From: Deltaproteobacteria bacterium | Lineage (GTDB): Bacteria > Myxococcota > Kuafuiibacteriia > Kuafuiibacteriales > Kuafuiibacteriaceae | Length of the DNA stretch: 17,628 nt | Assembly: GCA_040218735.1 (NCBI GenBank) | Contig: JAVJQW010000010.1 | Location: forward strand, 1 to 17,628 | Direction: 5' to 3' | Part shown: positions 15,255 to 17,628 of the stretch, one piece after another | Position numbering within the stretch: the stretch's first letter is position 1 | Layout: each line of letters begins with the position of its first letter | Program-made: the position numbers and the translations under genes | Notes under the pieces: model-generated | What the model saw: only the letters and a program-made list of their open reading frames with translations | The model's database searches: none | What the model was told of the DNA's origin: nothing

Positions 15255-16754
15255 GTTCGACCTCTTCGAGGCGTCTTCGGATCGCCTCGAGGTAGTGGTG
15301 GACGTGGTGATCGGCGCGCTCCCGTTCGAGGAGTTCGCCGAGGATCGGAGCGACCCGCTCGGGTTCGAGTGGACCGAAACGGTCGAGCCACGCCTGGGTG
15401 ACTTCGACGTCGATGACGCCGTCGTCGAGTCGGTCCTCGAGGAGCTCGATCACGCCGAGGTCGCAGGCACGCCGCTCGGCTCGGGCCCGCTCGGCATCGG
15501 CGCGCGGCTTGGGTTCGACGAAGCCCTCGTCACGGCGCGCTTGCACCAGATGGGCGAGCCAATCCGCCGCGGGCTCGAGCGTCGTCGTTGTCGTGTTCGT
15601 GGCGACACTCGCGGCCGGCCTTCGATGCGGTCCGACTTCGAAGGGACGACTCCGCTCGACGAAGGCGTCGTCTTGCCAGACCTCGACTTCGTCGAGGGCC
15701 TCGGGATCGAATCGGACCTCGACCTTGCGCTTCTGCAGGATGGTTCGGACTTGGTACCGGACGCCGAGGAGCGAAAGAATGCCGGCTTTGTCCGCGGTGC
15801 GGTGCTCCTTCCACAGGAAGGCCTGGCGCAGGTCTTCCTCGTCCGCGTAGCGGATGTGGGTCGAGTCCGAGAAGTAGCGTTCGCGCGGCGTCTGCTGCGT
15901 CTCGGAGTGGAGGTGCTCGTTGTACTCGCGCTGCATCCACGCCACGAATGCTTGCCGTGGCCCTCGGGTCGATACGGCGTGGTGAAGACGATGCGGTGGA
16001 TGCCGAGCGTCGCGGCGATCTGCGCCATGTGGTTGGAGCGATAGACCTGGCCGTTGTCGTAGTAGAGGCGCCGCGGCACGCCGTACTTTTGTAGCGCGCG
16101 CCGGAAGACGAGCTCGAGGCTGGGCAGATGCTCTCGGAACGCGAAGCGCCCGTGCAACAGCAGGCGGCTGTGGTCGTCAAGGAAGGCGTAGAGGTCGGCG
16201 CGCCGGGTCTTGCCGGGGCGCTCGGGATCGGGGAGGTACGGTCCCTTGAGTAGATCGGACTGCCACAAGTCGTTGGGGCGGTCGGCCTCGAAACGATCGA
16301 GGTCCTGCGTGTTCGACTTGGCGGCGGGTCTCTTCGAGAGCCCGGCTCGTTGGAGGGCGCGATGGACGGTGCTGCGACGAAGGACGCCCTCGGGCACGAG
16401 CTTCGTCCCCTCGGCGACGCGGATGAGGCGATCGACCGAACGCTCGGGGACCTCGCGTTTCATGCGGCAGAGCAACTCGACTTGCGCCTCGTCGAGGACA
16501 CGCACGCCGCGCCGTTCCCGGACCGCGTCATGGAGACCGGCGATGCCCCGGCGCCGATATCTACGTACCCAGGCGCGGATGGTCTCGGCCTTGACCTCGA
16601 CCGGCTCGCCGTCGGGTCCCGTCCACGCCTTGGCGGCGAGCTGATCCCGCAGCGCGCTTCGTTGTCCGCGGGGCGGATCGATCGCCAGGTAAGCGGAGAT
16701 GACCTGGTAGCGAAACAGCGCCCAGCGTGTCCGGGGATCGTCGTCGTCGAACAT
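15232..16754 (-). pseudogene. DDE (rve-type) transposase with N-terminal HTH and Mu-like C-terminal domain, broken by a frameshifting deletion at ~15951
   Basis: ALFRYQVIS, ETIRAWVRRYRRRG, RFEADRPNDLWQSD, FLDDHSR, LYYDNG, TPYRPEGHGK, then a frame change to AFVAWMQREYNEHLHSETQQTP...VEVRFDP. The expected Glu-containing segment after GK is absent. Confidence 0.88.
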
Positions 16755-16910
16755 CGTCGCGTCGCGCCGGCCTCGGGCCGACGGAGGCGACCTTGCCCGA
16801 GTCGGCGCGATGCCCCGCGACACGTTGTGTGGGATCGAAGCCGAGCCGAGATCTGGCGCGACCGCGGGCGGACGGGTACCGTTCCATCCCGGTGGCACGG
16901 GATGGCGAAT

Positions 16911-17528
16911 TCAGATCGGGAATCTGTCCGTCGGTCCGGTCCACCTCCCGCGAGCTTCGGCCAGAAGGATGGCAAGCGGAACTTCGAGTCCGCGTGCGCC
17001 AAGGATGCCCATCGACAGACCTCGTTTCAGTGTGGTGACTGCGGGTGGGTCTGTCGATGAACTCGGGGGAGACAAGCCCCCCTTGAACAAGAACTCGACT
17101 GGCCGAGGCTCGCATCTCTCGATCAGAGCGTGACGAATGGCTTGCTGGACGTGCAGCGCGCGACCGGCGGCGCGGTGCCGCCAGCGCTCGAACGTGCGGC
17201 GGCTCCGTATCCCCTCGACGTCGATCGATCCGACCTCGGGGACCGCCATCTCGAGGAACACCGCCAACGCGATCACGATCAACACCGTCGACACGCTGAA
17301 GTAGGGCAGAGCGTCCGGCGGTCGACTGTGGGTCGTCTTGCCGGTCGCAGGATCCAGCCAGCGACGCTTGTAGAGGCGCCGGTGGACGAGGCGCTCTCCC
17401 TCGATGAACGTCAGGCCGCAGGAGCAATAACCGTGGGCGTGCCAGCCTCGACCGGGACGCTCGCCGTCGAACTGCAACGAGCGATCAGGTCGTCGCCGGA
17501 ACGGTCCCACGGACCACCGCGGCGGCAT
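16911..17528 (-). CDS. Hypothetical protein, DUF6431-like first gene of the element, ~205 aa
   Basis: WHAHGY...RRLYKRRW...TGKTTHSRPPDALPY...SRRTFERW follows the HG...R...G-T-S-P...PY...TxxRW pattern of ORFs found upstream of such transposases. An in-frame stop at 17598-17600 limits the N-terminus. Start is ATG 17528 or TTG 17543. Confidence 0.6.
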   Translation of the reverse strand: MPPRWSVGPFRRRPDRSLQFDGERPGRGWHAHGYCSCGLTFIEGERLVHRRLYKRRWLDPATGKTTHSRPPDALPYFSVSTVLIVIALAVFLEMAVPEVGSIDVEGIRSRRTFERWRHRAAGRALHVQQAIRHALIERCEPRPVEFLFKGGLSPPSSSTDPPAVTTLKRGLSMGILGARGLEVPLAILLAEARGRWTGPTDRFPI

Positions 17529-17628
17529 CGAGATCCCAGCCAACGATCCCGTTCTGGCAGCTTGGGATCTGAGGTCGAGAAAACGGACGAACGGGCGTCA
17601 GGCCGGGATGGGATCGAGAGACGAGACA
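17488..17628. repeat. Terminal direct repeat, copy 2 (identical to 1-141)
   Basis: Exact match to positions 1-141. Confidence 0.97.

Larger units (their letters stand above)
12034..17628 (-). mobile_element. Mu/IS481-like four-gene DDE element (DUF6431-like, transposase, ExeA-like ATPase, small ORF), continuing across the junction to ~144; defective
   Basis: Co-oriented coupled genes. Candidate termini are TGTCATATCCCGGCGATCC (12034, +) and TGTTGTCTCGTCTCTCGATCC (144, -). End positions are tentative because the inverted repeat is weak. Confidence 0.7.

Noticed and set aside
15945-15960. Programmed -1 frameshift in the transposase
   Set aside because: No X-XXY-YYZ slippery heptamer, and the fused product would still lack the catalytic Glu segment.
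1-17628. CRISPR array, rRNA/tRNA genes, plasmid rep/par genes, CRISPR-associated or TniQ-type targeting genes
   Set aside because: No regularly spaced repeats or recognisable motifs for any of these were seen.

Overview
High-GC window, probably Myxococcota-like (inferred from gene content). Its first 141 nt are repeated exactly at the end (1-141 = 17488-17628), so it most likely represents a circular or collapsed 17,487-bp unit. No replication initiator or recombinase is recognisable. Part 1 (11350->395, minus strand) is one tightly coupled ~11-kb operon: CusR/CusS-like response regulator and sensor kinase, lipoprotein with two DUF1080-like domains, a 28-aa bridging mini-ORF, DoxX-like membrane protein, chromate transporter ChrA, an unknown exported protein, a Tat-signal superoxide reductase-like protein, an EB_dh-type haem b lipoprotein, and an Fe3+-family ABC importer whose binding protein lacks the FbpA Tyr-Tyr motif. 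Part 2 (~12034 through the junction to ~144) is a four-gene Mu/IS481-like DDE element: DUF6431-like ORF, transposase, ExeA-like AAA ATPase and a 68-aa protein ending in an SSB-like DDDDLPF tail. The element is damaged twice. A frameshifting deletion removes the transposase's catalytic Glu, and a 1,990-bp IS66 (single tnpC plus a convergent wHTH gene) splits the small ORF. All family assignments come from motif recognition by eye, not from database searches.
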